64,000 bases of DNA, from the NCBI GenBank assembly GCA_963782055.1, contig CAWAIF010000002.1, positions 492,581 to 556,580 on the forward strand, in the 5' to 3' direction. Below, in pieces: positions 48,679-57,959 of this stretch (positions are counted from its first letter, which is position 1; the number at the start of each line of letters is the position of its first letter). The position numbers and the translations under genes are program-made. The notes beneath the pieces are model-generated. The model worked only from the letters and a program-made list of their open reading frames with translations. It did no database searches and had not been told where the DNA came from. Source of the stretch: an uncultured delta proteobacterium. Lineage in GTDB: Bacteria; Myxococcota_A; Polyangia; Polyangiales; Polyangiaceae.

Positions 48679-50261
48679 CCGAGCGGCTTCCCAACGGCTG
48701 GAAGCGTGTCGCGCTGAGCGAAGTCGCAGAGGTACGCCTCGGTCGCCAGCGATCTCCCGAGCGCGCGACGGGCCCGCACATGCGGCCCTACATGCGTGCC
48801 GCGAACGTCACCTGGGCCGGAATCAGCGTCCAGGATGTGAAGGAGATGGACTTCTCCCCGAAGGAGTTCGAAACCTATGAACTGAAGGAGGGCGATGTCC
48901 TGCTGTCCGAGGCGTCGGGAAGTGCGGCGGAGGTCGGAAAGCCCGCGATATGGCGCGGGCAGGTTGCCGGGTGCTGCTTTCAGAACACACTCATCCGCGT
49001 CCGATCGCGTGGGCCGTTGCCGGAGTATCTCCATCTGCATTTTCTCGCCGATGCGCGGCTTGGGCGATTCGCCGCCGTCGGCAAGGGTGTCGGTATCAAT
49101 CACCTCGGGGCCGACAAGATGGCGTCATGGCCGATCGCGCTGCCGCCACCGGACGAGCAGCGCCGCATCGTCGCCAAGCTCGAAGCCCTGCAGGCCCGAA
49201 GCCGCCGCGCGCGCGAGGCGCTCGACGCCGTCCCGCCGCTGCTCGAGAAGCTGCGCCAGTCCATCCTCGCGGCGGCCTTCCGCGGGGACCTCACGAAGGA
49301 CTGGCGCGCGAAGCACAAGGACGTGGAGCCCGCGAGCAAGCTCCTCGAGCGCATCCGCGCCGAGCGCCGGAAGAAGTGGGAGGAGGCCGAGCTCGCCAAG
49401 ATGAAGGCGAAGGGCAAGCTCCCGAAGGGCGACGCCTGGAAGGCGAAGTACAAGGAGCCGGCGCCGGTGGATGCGACGGGGCTGCCGGAGCTGCCGGAGG
49501 GGTGGTGCTGGGCGAGCTTGGAGAGTCTGCTGCCGAGCACGGGGGACCTCTTCGATGGTCCGTTCGGCTCGGCGCTAAAGACGGATGACTACGTGTTGGA
49601 GGGAGTTCGCGTCATTCGTCTCGAGAACGTGGCGAACCTGGAATTTCGCGGCGAGAAGGAGACGTTCATCTCGCGAAGAAAGTACGACACGTTGACCCGT
49701 CACACCGTCGGAGCTGGTGACATCATCTTCGGCTCATTCGTCGAGGAGTCCACGCGCGTGTGCCTATTGCCCGACCTCGGCGGGCCTGCCATCGCGAAGG
49801 CCGACTGCTTCTGCGTTCGACCCGACGCCGCCGTCATCCGGGCCGACCTGCTCGTGTTGGCGCTCGGCAGTCATCACGCGCGCACAGAGCTTGCGCGTGG
49901 GATTCACGGCGCAACCCGGTCGCGTATCAACACAGGTCAGCTGCGCTCCCTCCGTGTGCCATTGCCACCGCGGAACGAACAAGAAATGGTTCTTGAGCGG
50001 GTCGAAGCGATGCTGGCGGTCGTGCGGAACCTGGCCAGGACCCAGCAACAATCGGGCGCGGCGTTCTCAACTCTCGACCGCGCGGTGCTCGCGAAGGGCT
50101 TCCGCGGGGACCTCGTCCGCCAGAATCCGAACGACGAGCCCGCCGAGGTGATCCTGGCGCGAGTGCCGAGCCTCGACGCGGCGAAGACCAACGGCGCGGG
50201 TGCGAGGGCATCCGAGCCGGGCAACCGCGCAAGAAAATCAATCGAGTCAGAGCGACGATGA
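48675..50261 (+). CDS. hsdS: Type I R-M specificity subunit
   Basis: LPNGW...LPPPDEQRRIVAKLE...ELPEGWCW...PLPPRNEQ...AVLAKGFRGDL; TTG start overlaps the hsdM stop. Confidence 0.95.
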   Translation: MTERLPNGWKRVALSEVAEVRLGRQRSPERATGPHMRPYMRAANVTWAGISVQDVKEMDFSPKEFETYELKEGDVLLSEASGSAAEVGKPAIWRGQVAGCCFQNTLIRVRSRGPLPEYLHLHFLADARLGRFAAVGKGVGINHLGADKMASWPIALPPPDEQRRIVAKLEALQARSRRAREALDAVPPLLEKLRQSILAAAFRGDLTKDWRAKHKDVEPASKLLERIRAERRKKWEEAELAKMKAKGKLPKGDAWKAKYKEPAPVDATGLPELPEGWCWASLESLLPSTGDLFDGPFGSALKTDDYVLEGVRVIRLENVANLEFRGEKETFISRRKYDTLTRHTVGAGDIIFGSFVEESTRVCLLPDLGGPAIAKADCFCVRPDAAVIRADLLVLALGSHHARTELARGIHGATRSRINTGQLRSLRVPLPPRNEQEMVLERVEAMLAVVRNLARTQQQSGAAFSTLDRAVLAKGFRGDLVRQNPNDEPAEVILARVPSLDAAKTNGAGARASEPGNRARKSIESERR

Positions 50262-50640
50262 GCGTCCCCACCTACGACCAGTTCATCGAGCCGCTGCTCC
50301 GCGTCCTCGCCGAGCACCCCGACGGCGTGAGGACCGCCGATGCCCACGAGGCCGTCGCCGAACGCCTCGGTCTCGACGATGACGCCCGCGCCGAGCGCGT
50401 CCCCAGCGGCGTGCAGCTCCTGTACAAGAGCCGCAACGGCTGTGCGCACGACCGGCTGAAGCGAGCGGGGTTCTCGACCAGGCCACCACGGGTTCTGGAA
50501 GGCGACGCCGCAGGGCTCAGCCACGGGGCGAGGCAGACGCGGCTCTCCGACGACGACGAGCGCCTCGCCAGCGTCGACCGCACCTCCAGGCTCAAGCCGA
50601 AGGAGGCCGATGCTGCCCATCGGCCTCCTCGAGATGCCGA
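50258..50640 (+). pseudogene. mrr: Mrr restriction endonuclease N-terminal remnant
   Basis: MSVPTYDQFIEPLLRVL...YKSRNGCAHDRLKRAG; GFWK appears only in a shifted frame; no catalytic D...Q-x-K domain follows. Confidence 0.8.
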
Positions 50641-51134
50641 CGCCGTCGCCATCCTCCCCAGGTGCTACTTCGGGTCCGCCACCGGCGTCGGGAACAGCAC
50701 GTCGCGGCTCGTTTACCTCCTCGTTCGTGCACATCGCGCCGAGCGTCCCCGCCACGACTACCTCACGATGGTCGCCGCGACCCACGACGCACGCATTGTC
50801 CGAGACCCACCGTATGTGGCCAGCTGGCGGTCGTCGGCTAACATCGTTTGCTGCAACGGCTTCGTCTTCACCGCCTCCGTCAGAGGGCGCCGTCAGGCAA
50901 AAACTGACCGCCGCCTCACAGAGAGCCCCCCCGGCATGAAACCTCGGAAATTCGCCACCGACGGCGATCATGCCACCATGCCGCGCCGAACTCCGGTGCT
51001 CCAGAGGTGGGGCCGGAGCCGCAAACCTGCTGGACGTCGCGCCCGGGGCGAGCTTAGCTCCATCGAGGCCGAAGACCCTGCGAACGAGCCGGCAAGAACC
51101 CGCCAGCCACCATCCTCTACCACGAGAACTGTTC

Positions 51135-52985
51135 ATGCTCACTAACTGGGTACTGGAAAACTTCAAACCAATTTCTGGTCACCTCAACCTTGCGCTCGGT
51201 AAGACAACGGTTCTCGCGGGTCTAAACAGTACGGGAAAGAGCAGCGTACTCCAGTCGATATTGTTGCTCGCCCAGACGCTCGCGAATCCCAATCCAAACA
51301 AGCCCCTCATCCTCAACGGCCACATCGTACAGCTAGGAACGTATGAGGACATACTCAACGACAACACCAAGGACGCCCCGGTCGGCATCGGCGTGACGCT
51401 TGCGGTGGACGAAGCCCGCACGTGGGCCTCGCGGTCGCTGCGTGCTCGCAGCCGCTACGCCATTGACGAACGAATCCGGAGCATCACGGCGCTCATTCGG
51501 TACCGCGGTGCGCGAGAGCGTGGTGGCTCGGCGGACCGTGCCAGCCTCGAAGCGGTCCGGGTGAAGTTGGTATCGTCAGATCTCACGGCGCAAATATTAC
51601 AGATGTCGCCTCCGGGCTCGGACGCCGAGCCGCAGAGCGAAGGGCTCACAGTTCGGGCGTCCGTTGCGCCGCTCGCCGCGGGCGAGTATGCGTCCTTCAT
51701 AAAGGATGTGCGGGCAGAATATCTGCGTCTTGTACCGTATCCTCCTGACGATAACTATCTCGCGTCCCTTGGGGTTATGGGTACCGCAGAGACGCGCAAG
51801 GGGCTGACGAGACTTGCGCATTGCCTCCCGGATAGGCTCATCGTGCCGTTCAATCTTGCCGCACGTCGCCGCCGGGATGTCGCTCGAGCGATCGCATACC
51901 TCGCGAGACCGACCGACTGGCCTCCACCGCCACAGCTACAGGTTCTCGTCGCGGAATTACAGGACGCGGCACTGCCCGCTGTAGCGATTGCGGAGGCGAA
52001 TGCGCTTGCCGATGCGAAGGGCGTCCCCGCGTTCACGGGTGCGGCGGTGGCCGAGTTTCTGGAATGGGCTGCACACGTGCCACTCAAGACACGAGCAAAA
52101 GGAAAGTTTGTAGCGGGGGCGCACGCGATCGCCGTGAAAAGTTTGTCTGACCGAAACGACACTGGAGAGTCACTTGGTCTGGAGAGTGCGGCCGACGACA
52201 TTTTGGTCGCGGTCATCGAGGCCGCCACGCGGCGCCTTACTGCGCAACTGAGTTCGCTCGTGCGGTATATCGGGCCTTTGCGTGCAGATCCACAGGCAGC
52301 GCAGAAGTTTGCGCCGTCGAGCGAGCCAGACGATGTCGGCGTCAAAGGCGAGTTTGCTGCGGCGGTTTACGACGCGAACCGTAGAGAGAGCGTCCAATGG
52401 TGGGATCCCATCACGCGCACTGCGCGGGAGTCGATCCTCGAAGAGGCGGTGGACGTTTGGGCACGACATATTGGGGTTGCGCACCACGTGTCGACGCGAG
52501 AGGCTGGACTGTCGGGTGTGTCATGGGCGGTTCAGCCGTTGCCCGAATCGCGCGAGAGGCCACTCCCGTCGCTCGGTGTTGGCGTGAGCCAGATACTCCC
52601 GATTCTTGTGTCTGGCTTGCTGGCGCCGCGCGGCGCTATCCTACTGATTGAGCAGCCCGAGCTCCACCTACATCCGCGAGCCCAAGCGAAGCTGGGCGAC
52701 TTTTTCTATGGCTTGTCGCGTTCGGGGAAGCAATGCATCATTGAAACCCATAGCGACTGCCTTGTTAACCAGCTGCGGCTACATATGGTGCGCGACGAAT
52801 CGTGTCGATCTTGGATTAAGATGTACTTTGTCACTCAAGACCGAAATGGAATATCGAAGTTTGAGCCGGTGCAAATCTCGCGAAACGGCCACATAAAGAA
52901 CTGGCCTGCCGGCTTCTTCGATGAGAGTGTCCGCCAGGAGGAGCAAATTGCTCGGGAAGCCCTTGAACGGAATGGTACACCGTGA
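51135..52985 (+). CDS. ABC-type (AAA_21-like) ATPase with DUF3696-like C-terminus
   Basis: ENFK, GLNSTGKS, GVGVSQILP, IEQPELHLHP, ETHS, IKNWPAGFFDE. Confidence 0.9.
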   Translation: MLTNWVLENFKPISGHLNLALGKTTVLAGLNSTGKSSVLQSILLLAQTLANPNPNKPLILNGHIVQLGTYEDILNDNTKDAPVGIGVTLAVDEARTWASRSLRARSRYAIDERIRSITALIRYRGARERGGSADRASLEAVRVKLVSSDLTAQILQMSPPGSDAEPQSEGLTVRASVAPLAAGEYASFIKDVRAEYLRLVPYPPDDNYLASLGVMGTAETRKGLTRLAHCLPDRLIVPFNLAARRRRDVARAIAYLARPTDWPPPPQLQVLVAELQDAALPAVAIAEANALADAKGVPAFTGAAVAEFLEWAAHVPLKTRAKGKFVAGAHAIAVKSLSDRNDTGESLGLESAADDILVAVIEAATRRLTAQLSSLVRYIGPLRADPQAAQKFAPSSEPDDVGVKGEFAAAVYDANRRESVQWWDPITRTARESILEEAVDVWARHIGVAHHVSTREAGLSGVSWAVQPLPESRERPLPSLGVGVSQILPILVSGLLAPRGAILLIEQPELHLHPRAQAKLGDFFYGLSRSGKQCIIETHSDCLVNQLRLHMVRDESCRSWIKMYFVTQDRNGISKFEPVQISRNGHIKNWPAGFFDESVRQEEQIAREALERNGTP

Positions 52986-54037
52986 CGCACGTGGTCGTGG
53001 ATCCGTATCTCGTAACAGTACCTACGGAGACCGCAGTCGACAGCGCGGCGAGCTGGCTGGTGTCATTGGCTGGCTGGCTTCAGGAGGTGGAGAGCGCGCC
53101 GTGCGAGTGGTGGCACTTTGGCCAGTGTGTGTTGGAGCTGATGGTGGCGGATCGGTACCCCAGGTTTGATCTCCTTGCGGAGATCGTTGACACGTACGAT
53201 ATACCCATTAGTGTCCCGCTCGTCGTTCGGCGGCTGAATTGGTTTTTTCAAGACGAGGCCCGGGATCTGCGTCACGTCGCGGGCGTGACGGACGCATTGT
53301 TGGCCGGTTCCGCAGTCGAACCAGAGGTAACGCCTCCTGAGTTCATGCTGCGTAACGAATTGGTCCGATCCTCGCTGGCCCAAGGTCTCACGGCGCTCGC
53401 CTGCGGCAAGGTAAGCCTGCGACTTCCGGAAGCGGAGGTGGGAATTGTTACTGCAGATCTTCCCGGAGGTGTGCGCGAGGTCAGGGTGGCCGGCACGGTA
53501 GAGTTGACGGAGCCGGAGCGGGCTGCCGCCGGCCTCAGCGGTGGCGGATTTGCCCACACATTTCCGGCTCTAGTAGCGCCCGAGCGACTGGCGGATATTG
53601 TCGACATCGGTCACGTCGCAGCTGAGTCGGCTGCGTCCTTCCGTTGGGCGGTGGAACGCAGCGCAGCTCGCATGGCGTTTGGGCGCGCGATTAGGGCTGT
53701 CCGTATCGGCCGCTCGTTTTGGGACTCTCTGGTTGTGGGCGGCATCCTCAGCGACCCCGCGTCCATTCGGAAGCTAGTAAAACTGGCGGCGGCTACCGCG
53801 GTGGACAAGCTTAGCGAGCGTGCGGGCTCCTTGAGGCCACTGCGAACGAGCCGAGCGGGAAACGCGCCGCAAAGTCGTCGGGCTTCGGATTCCGCGGCGG
53901 CGTGGCGAGCAACGGTCGCGCGTTCCGGTGTGGGGTGGCGCCTGCACTTCTGGCACGTATCGGCTGGTGACGGAAGTGAGACGATCGAATTTGCAAACGT
54001 GCTGAAGAAGGGCGATCCGCCCGACATTCCCGAGTAG
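52982..54037 (+). CDS. Hypothetical partner of the ATPase, possible RelE-like C-terminal domain
   Basis: GTGA overlap; C-terminal AWRATV..SGVGWRLHFWH...IEFANV. Confidence 0.7.
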   Translation: MTHVVVDPYLVTVPTETAVDSAASWLVSLAGWLQEVESAPCEWWHFGQCVLELMVADRYPRFDLLAEIVDTYDIPISVPLVVRRLNWFFQDEARDLRHVAGVTDALLAGSAVEPEVTPPEFMLRNELVRSSLAQGLTALACGKVSLRLPEAEVGIVTADLPGGVREVRVAGTVELTEPERAAAGLSGGGFAHTFPALVAPERLADIVDIGHVAAESAASFRWAVERSAARMAFGRAIRAVRIGRSFWDSLVVGGILSDPASIRKLVKLAAATAVDKLSERAGSLRPLRTSRAGNAPQSRRASDSAAAWRATVARSGVGWRLHFWHVSAGDGSETIEFANVLKKGDPPDIPE

Positions 54038-54120
54038 TCCGGCCCGAGGAGCTTGATCCAAGCAAGCTCCGGAGCGACGTGGTGCCTCGGGAGGCCCCGC
54101 GGCTCGGTCGCATCCCCGGA

Positions 54121-55483
54121 CTGACCCATCCCCTCAGTTTCCTGCCTCTCGCGGGGACTCAAACTTGAGGATTTCCGCGAGGAAGAGATGGCCCCGTACG
54201 ATCTTCTCGTAGGCGGTGAGGAGGCGGTCGAGCCACTCCTCGCGCATGGTGTCGAGGCACGAGTACCAGTAGAGACCCTGGTTGAAGAGCGACATCGTTC
54301 GCTTGGGCGACGTATTCGTCTTGAGGGTCTTGTCGAGCTTCGATGCCTCACTCGCCGCGCCGAGGAGCGTCAGCAGAGTGTATGCGATCGCGATGAGAAA
54401 CAGCAGACGGTCACGCCGGCCGGCGTCGCCGATGTGCGTCGCCCGGAGGCCAACGCCGAAGGTGATGTCTTTCTGGTCCCGAAACGTCTCTTCGATCGTG
54501 AACCTCTTCGAGTACGCCTGCACGATCTCGTTGGCGTCGGCCGTAGTGAGCGACGTCGCCAGACACCACGCTTCCTTCATGCCCTTTCGCTTGACCAGCA
54601 CCACGGCCGGCACCTTGCTCTTCTTCCTCGTCACCGTGACGCCGACGAGCTTTCGCACCCGACCGTGCGCGGGCACGAGCTCCGCGGCCGGCAGGCCCTC
54701 CGCGTCCGACTCCGACACGATGATGTTCTCGCGGAACCGGATGATGTAGTCCCAGCCGTAGAGGCCGAGCAACTCGTAGAGCTCCGCGTACCCGAAGGCT
54801 CGATCCGCCATCAGCGTCACGCTCACCGCGGCGGGCAGCCACTCGTGCAGCTGCCGCACCATCTCCAGTTCATGGCCGGTGCGCTTCGTCTTGAGCGTCG
54901 ACTTCTTGACCGTCTTCCACGCAAACGGGCTCGCCCGTCCGTGCGTCGTGACTAGGTACGCGCAGAGCGTCGTGTGGTCGTCGTCGTCGAAATCCGTCCA
55001 GTCCATCGCGAGCACGATGTTCGACGTCGTCCCGACGACGTGCTTCACCCACAGCGGCATCAGCACCTCGAGCTTCACTTCCTCGTTGCTCAGCAGCCGG
55101 TCCACCTGCTTCACGCCGCTCTTGCTCTCGATCCTCGCAAGCCGCGCGTACGCTCGACCGATTGCCGCGATCGACACAACGCTCGCGTTCAGGACCCCCG
55201 TCACTCCATTCGCGAGCGACCGCACCCGGGCAAGGTGGACGTCTCCGCCGAACAGCTTCTCCATCGATGTGCGCGTCTGCGACAACGTCCAGAGCCTACG
55301 TCGTCCGCCGCCGAGCGGCAGCAGCCATGTTGCGAGAGGGACGGTCTGCATGTCGCCGCAAACAGTTCGCTCCGCCCATGGATTCCCGCCTCGCAGGTCA
55401 TCCCGGACCACCCCATCCAGGAACACAGCGGTTTCGATCACCTACGCGTCATCTTTCATCCGCAGAATGAGGGGATCCCTCAG
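54121..55483 (-). mobile_element. IS4-family insertion sequence, about 1.36 kb
   Basis: Imperfect terminal IRs: CTGACCCATCCCCTCA (54121-54136) and CTGAGGGATCCCCTCA (reverse complement of 55468-55483), 13/16 match; no target duplication visible. Confidence 0.8.
54134..55441 (-). CDS. IS4 family DDE transposase (start may be downstream)
   Basis: LAMDWTDF, MADRAF, YSKRFTIEETFRDQK (YREK motif); stop lies inside the IR. Confidence 0.93.
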   Translation of the reverse strand: MIETAVFLDGVVRDDLRGGNPWAERTVCGDMQTVPLATWLLPLGGGRRRLWTLSQTRTSMEKLFGGDVHLARVRSLANGVTGVLNASVVSIAAIGRAYARLARIESKSGVKQVDRLLSNEEVKLEVLMPLWVKHVVGTTSNIVLAMDWTDFDDDDHTTLCAYLVTTHGRASPFAWKTVKKSTLKTKRTGHELEMVRQLHEWLPAAVSVTLMADRAFGYAELYELLGLYGWDYIIRFRENIIVSESDAEGLPAAELVPAHGRVRKLVGVTVTRKKSKVPAVVLVKRKGMKEAWCLATSLTTADANEIVQAYSKRFTIEETFRDQKDITFGVGLRATHIGDAGRRDRLLFLIAIAYTLLTLLGAASEASKLDKTLKTNTSPKRTMSLFNQGLYWYSCLDTMREEWLDRLLTAYEKIVRGHLFLAEILKFESPREAGN

Positions 55484-55658
55484 GGCTGCATCATGAGCCC
55501 GCCTCCTCCGAACCGCCGCATCTCCCACATCAAGCACAGCGGAGGCATCAGCGATGTAGCGATGTGGCGGGAGATCGCGGAGCCGTGGGACGTGATCAAG
55601 ACCCACGAGGTCGGCGCGCGGCGCCCTTCCCCGTACGGGTACACCTGTACGGCTAGAC

Positions 55659-57281
55659 CTAGCCGGACGTTCGGCCGCGGGGTCGAGCACGCCGCAGGCG
55701 CACATCCGGGGGCCGCTGCACCAAATGAAGCTCGTACCCGCCGTCAGCGTTTCGCAGCAGGGTCATGGTGCCCTTGACGTACGAGTCGTTGCGCCGAAGG
55801 AACTCTAACATCGCGTGGTTCCAGTGGAGGCGCGTCGGTGGCTCGTCCTTGTTCCGGGCGCGAGTGGGGTCGTGCGACAGCACGAAGGACTGCGGACCGA
55901 GCTTGACGCCGCTGTCGATGATGACGTCCATCTCGACGGTCACACGTTCTTCGTGGCCGCTGGACCGCGCCCACCCATACTCTCCGAAGAACTCTTCGCG
56001 AAACCAGGTATGGACGTCCATAGCCTGCCCTGATCTTGAGAGCGGAACGTAGGTTCTCGTGGCACCGCTCGGGGCATGCTGCGCGTCGGTTGCGCTGAGA
56101 AGCTTCCGCCACGCCAAAGCGATCCCGGGCTTCGTCCGTTGTCGCCGCGGCGAAGGAGCTGCCACCGTATCATCTTGCGGCAGCGGCGGCGCATGCAGGT
56201 CTAGTTCGATCCGGGGGGTTGCACCAGGCACATCGACACGGGTCATCTCCGTGAGATCGAACGAGTAATGACCGCCGATCTTGAGGCCGGTGATGAACTT
56301 ACGGCTAGAGAGGCTTACCCCGCCCTCAAGTCGCTCGCCCTTGTCGATCGCGAGTTCGAGCGTCCCCCTCGTCTTGCTCGCGGCAAGGACGTCCGCGAGG
56401 AACCTACGCTCGCGTCGCGCCTCTTGTGGTTGGGCTAATGCACGCCCTTGTGCTTCGGCGATCTTCGTGGGCAGGGTGAGGACGTCGAGCTTCTGTGATC
56501 GAGCGCTCGTTCCACGGGCGCTTGCGAGCTCTAGGTCGCACGCCTCTTCGGCGACAAAGTGAACGAGTTCGTAGTAGGCGGCGGCAACCCCCCGGGCCTT
56601 CGTCACCTGGTGGAGTCGGGGGATGTTCGCTCCGCAGTGGACCAGGTCTTCGTAGGTGTCGACGAGCTTCGACTGCATAACCGCAGGGGCGGCGAAAATG
56701 GCGCGCAGTGATCCAGGAGCCACAGACGCAACCCGCAGCGGCTGCTTGGGGAAGAGCGCGTGCCAAAAGCGATCCCACCTTCGAAGCAAGGCGGCAACAG
56801 TCTCCGGCAGCAGTACCTTTGTGACCTCCTTTTTGGTCGGCACAAGACGAGCCTCGTGTGCGCGCTCGCCGGACCGAGCCGCGTCTCGCAGCGCATCAAG
56901 CCGCCACTGGTCGAGCTCGGTCGTGAGAGCCAGAGGAAACCCCTTCCGTGGGAGATCCTCCTCGGGTACGTGGAGGCGCCGCACGCTCTCAGCCGTGTCG
57001 ACACCCCTGCCATGCGGCGTCACGACCCGGAACAGGTATCCGTCGGGAGGTCGTTGGAATGGCTCCGCGACATCAAGTTCGCCCGCGCGTACGCGTTCGA
57101 GCATCTTCCGCGACACCGGCGCGTAGAGCCAGCGCGTCACGGAGTCGTCCTCGTCGGTTGCCACAGCGATGAAGTAATTGCCCGACTCGCTCACGGTCGA
57201 GAAGAGCTTGGGCCCGTCGTAATCGACGTACACTTCCACCAAGGAGAGCCGACCGAGAGACGTACCGTTGGGGAGCGTCAT
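55659..57281 (-). CDS. Multidomain protein with DUF6575-like N-terminus and putative DNA-binding C-terminal domain
   Basis: TSLGRL..VEVYVDYDGPKLF...DE...WLYAPVS; ATGA overlap with the upstream small gene. Confidence 0.7.
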   Translation of the reverse strand: MTLPNGTSLGRLSLVEVYVDYDGPKLFSTVSESGNYFIAVATDEDDSVTRWLYAPVSRKMLERVRAGELDVAEPFQRPPDGYLFRVVTPHGRGVDTAESVRRLHVPEEDLPRKGFPLALTTELDQWRLDALRDAARSGERAHEARLVPTKKEVTKVLLPETVAALLRRWDRFWHALFPKQPLRVASVAPGSLRAIFAAPAVMQSKLVDTYEDLVHCGANIPRLHQVTKARGVAAAYYELVHFVAEEACDLELASARGTSARSQKLDVLTLPTKIAEAQGRALAQPQEARRERRFLADVLAASKTRGTLELAIDKGERLEGGVSLSSRKFITGLKIGGHYSFDLTEMTRVDVPGATPRIELDLHAPPLPQDDTVAAPSPRRQRTKPGIALAWRKLLSATDAQHAPSGATRTYVPLSRSGQAMDVHTWFREEFFGEYGWARSSGHEERVTVEMDVIIDSGVKLGPQSFVLSHDPTRARNKDEPPTRLHWNHAMLEFLRRNDSYVKGTMTLLRNADGGYELHLVQRPPDVRLRRARPRGRTSG

Positions 57282-57667
57282 TTGCCTGCTCGAGCCAGCA
57301 CCTTGAAGTTCGTCCAGGGGCTCGCCCCCTTTGGAATCCACCAGGTCATGTGGCCTGGCTTGCCGACGGCTGGCGTCACCTTCACGACTCCTGGGGTCGG
57401 GCGCCCTTCCGCAAGCATCCGCTTCCGAAACAACGGCAGGAGGCTCAGGGCACGCGCATTGGCGAGGGTGTCTGTCACGGAAATGCCGCAGGCTTGGCAG
57501 TGTTTCTGCGGGTCGCTCTTGGCCTTCTTCGAGAGCCCCCCGGCGTGGGAGCGAAAGTCATGGGCCGTCGGCGGGTTCGCGTCCACGAACCGGTAGACAT
57601 TCTCGGTCCGGGTGACGGCGTCTACGGGCGGGCAGCTGCCGCCGGGGCAGTCGTCAGGCCACACCAT
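57278..57667 (-). CDS. Small protein with ADP-ribosyltransferase-like motif spacing
   Basis: CPPVDA...VYRFV...PTAHDF...CQACGISV...GHMTWW. Confidence 0.65.
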   Translation of the reverse strand: MVWPDDCPGGSCPPVDAVTRTENVYRFVDANPPTAHDFRSHAGGLSKKAKSDPQKHCQACGISVTDTLANARALSLLPLFRKRMLAEGRPTPGVVKVTPAVGKPGHMTWWIPKGASPWTNFKVLARAGK

Positions 57668-57959
57668 CTGAGGAAGTCTCGCGGCAGCCAAAGGGGCTCG
57701 ATTCTACAGCGGTAGGGGCCGCGGTGGGCGAGTTTGTGGGCACCACCGTAGTCGGCGGTTCCAGTGAGTCCGGACGCTCCCACTTGGCATCACGCGGATT
57801 GTGTTCCCTCTTCTCGGTCGATCGCGCTGCGATTCCCCGCGCGTCCGTGAGAACGCGCGGACCCACCGACCCTCTCCGCGAGCGCACGAGCGGGGGCCGA
57901 CGTGCGCACGTGGTTCTTGGCGAGGGGAACCAGGTGATTCTTGGTCGTGTGGGACGCCC

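Noticed and set aside
54048..54070. Hairpin GGAGCTTG-N7-CAAGCTCC as a terminator
   Set aside because: No U-tract on either side; function cannot be supported.
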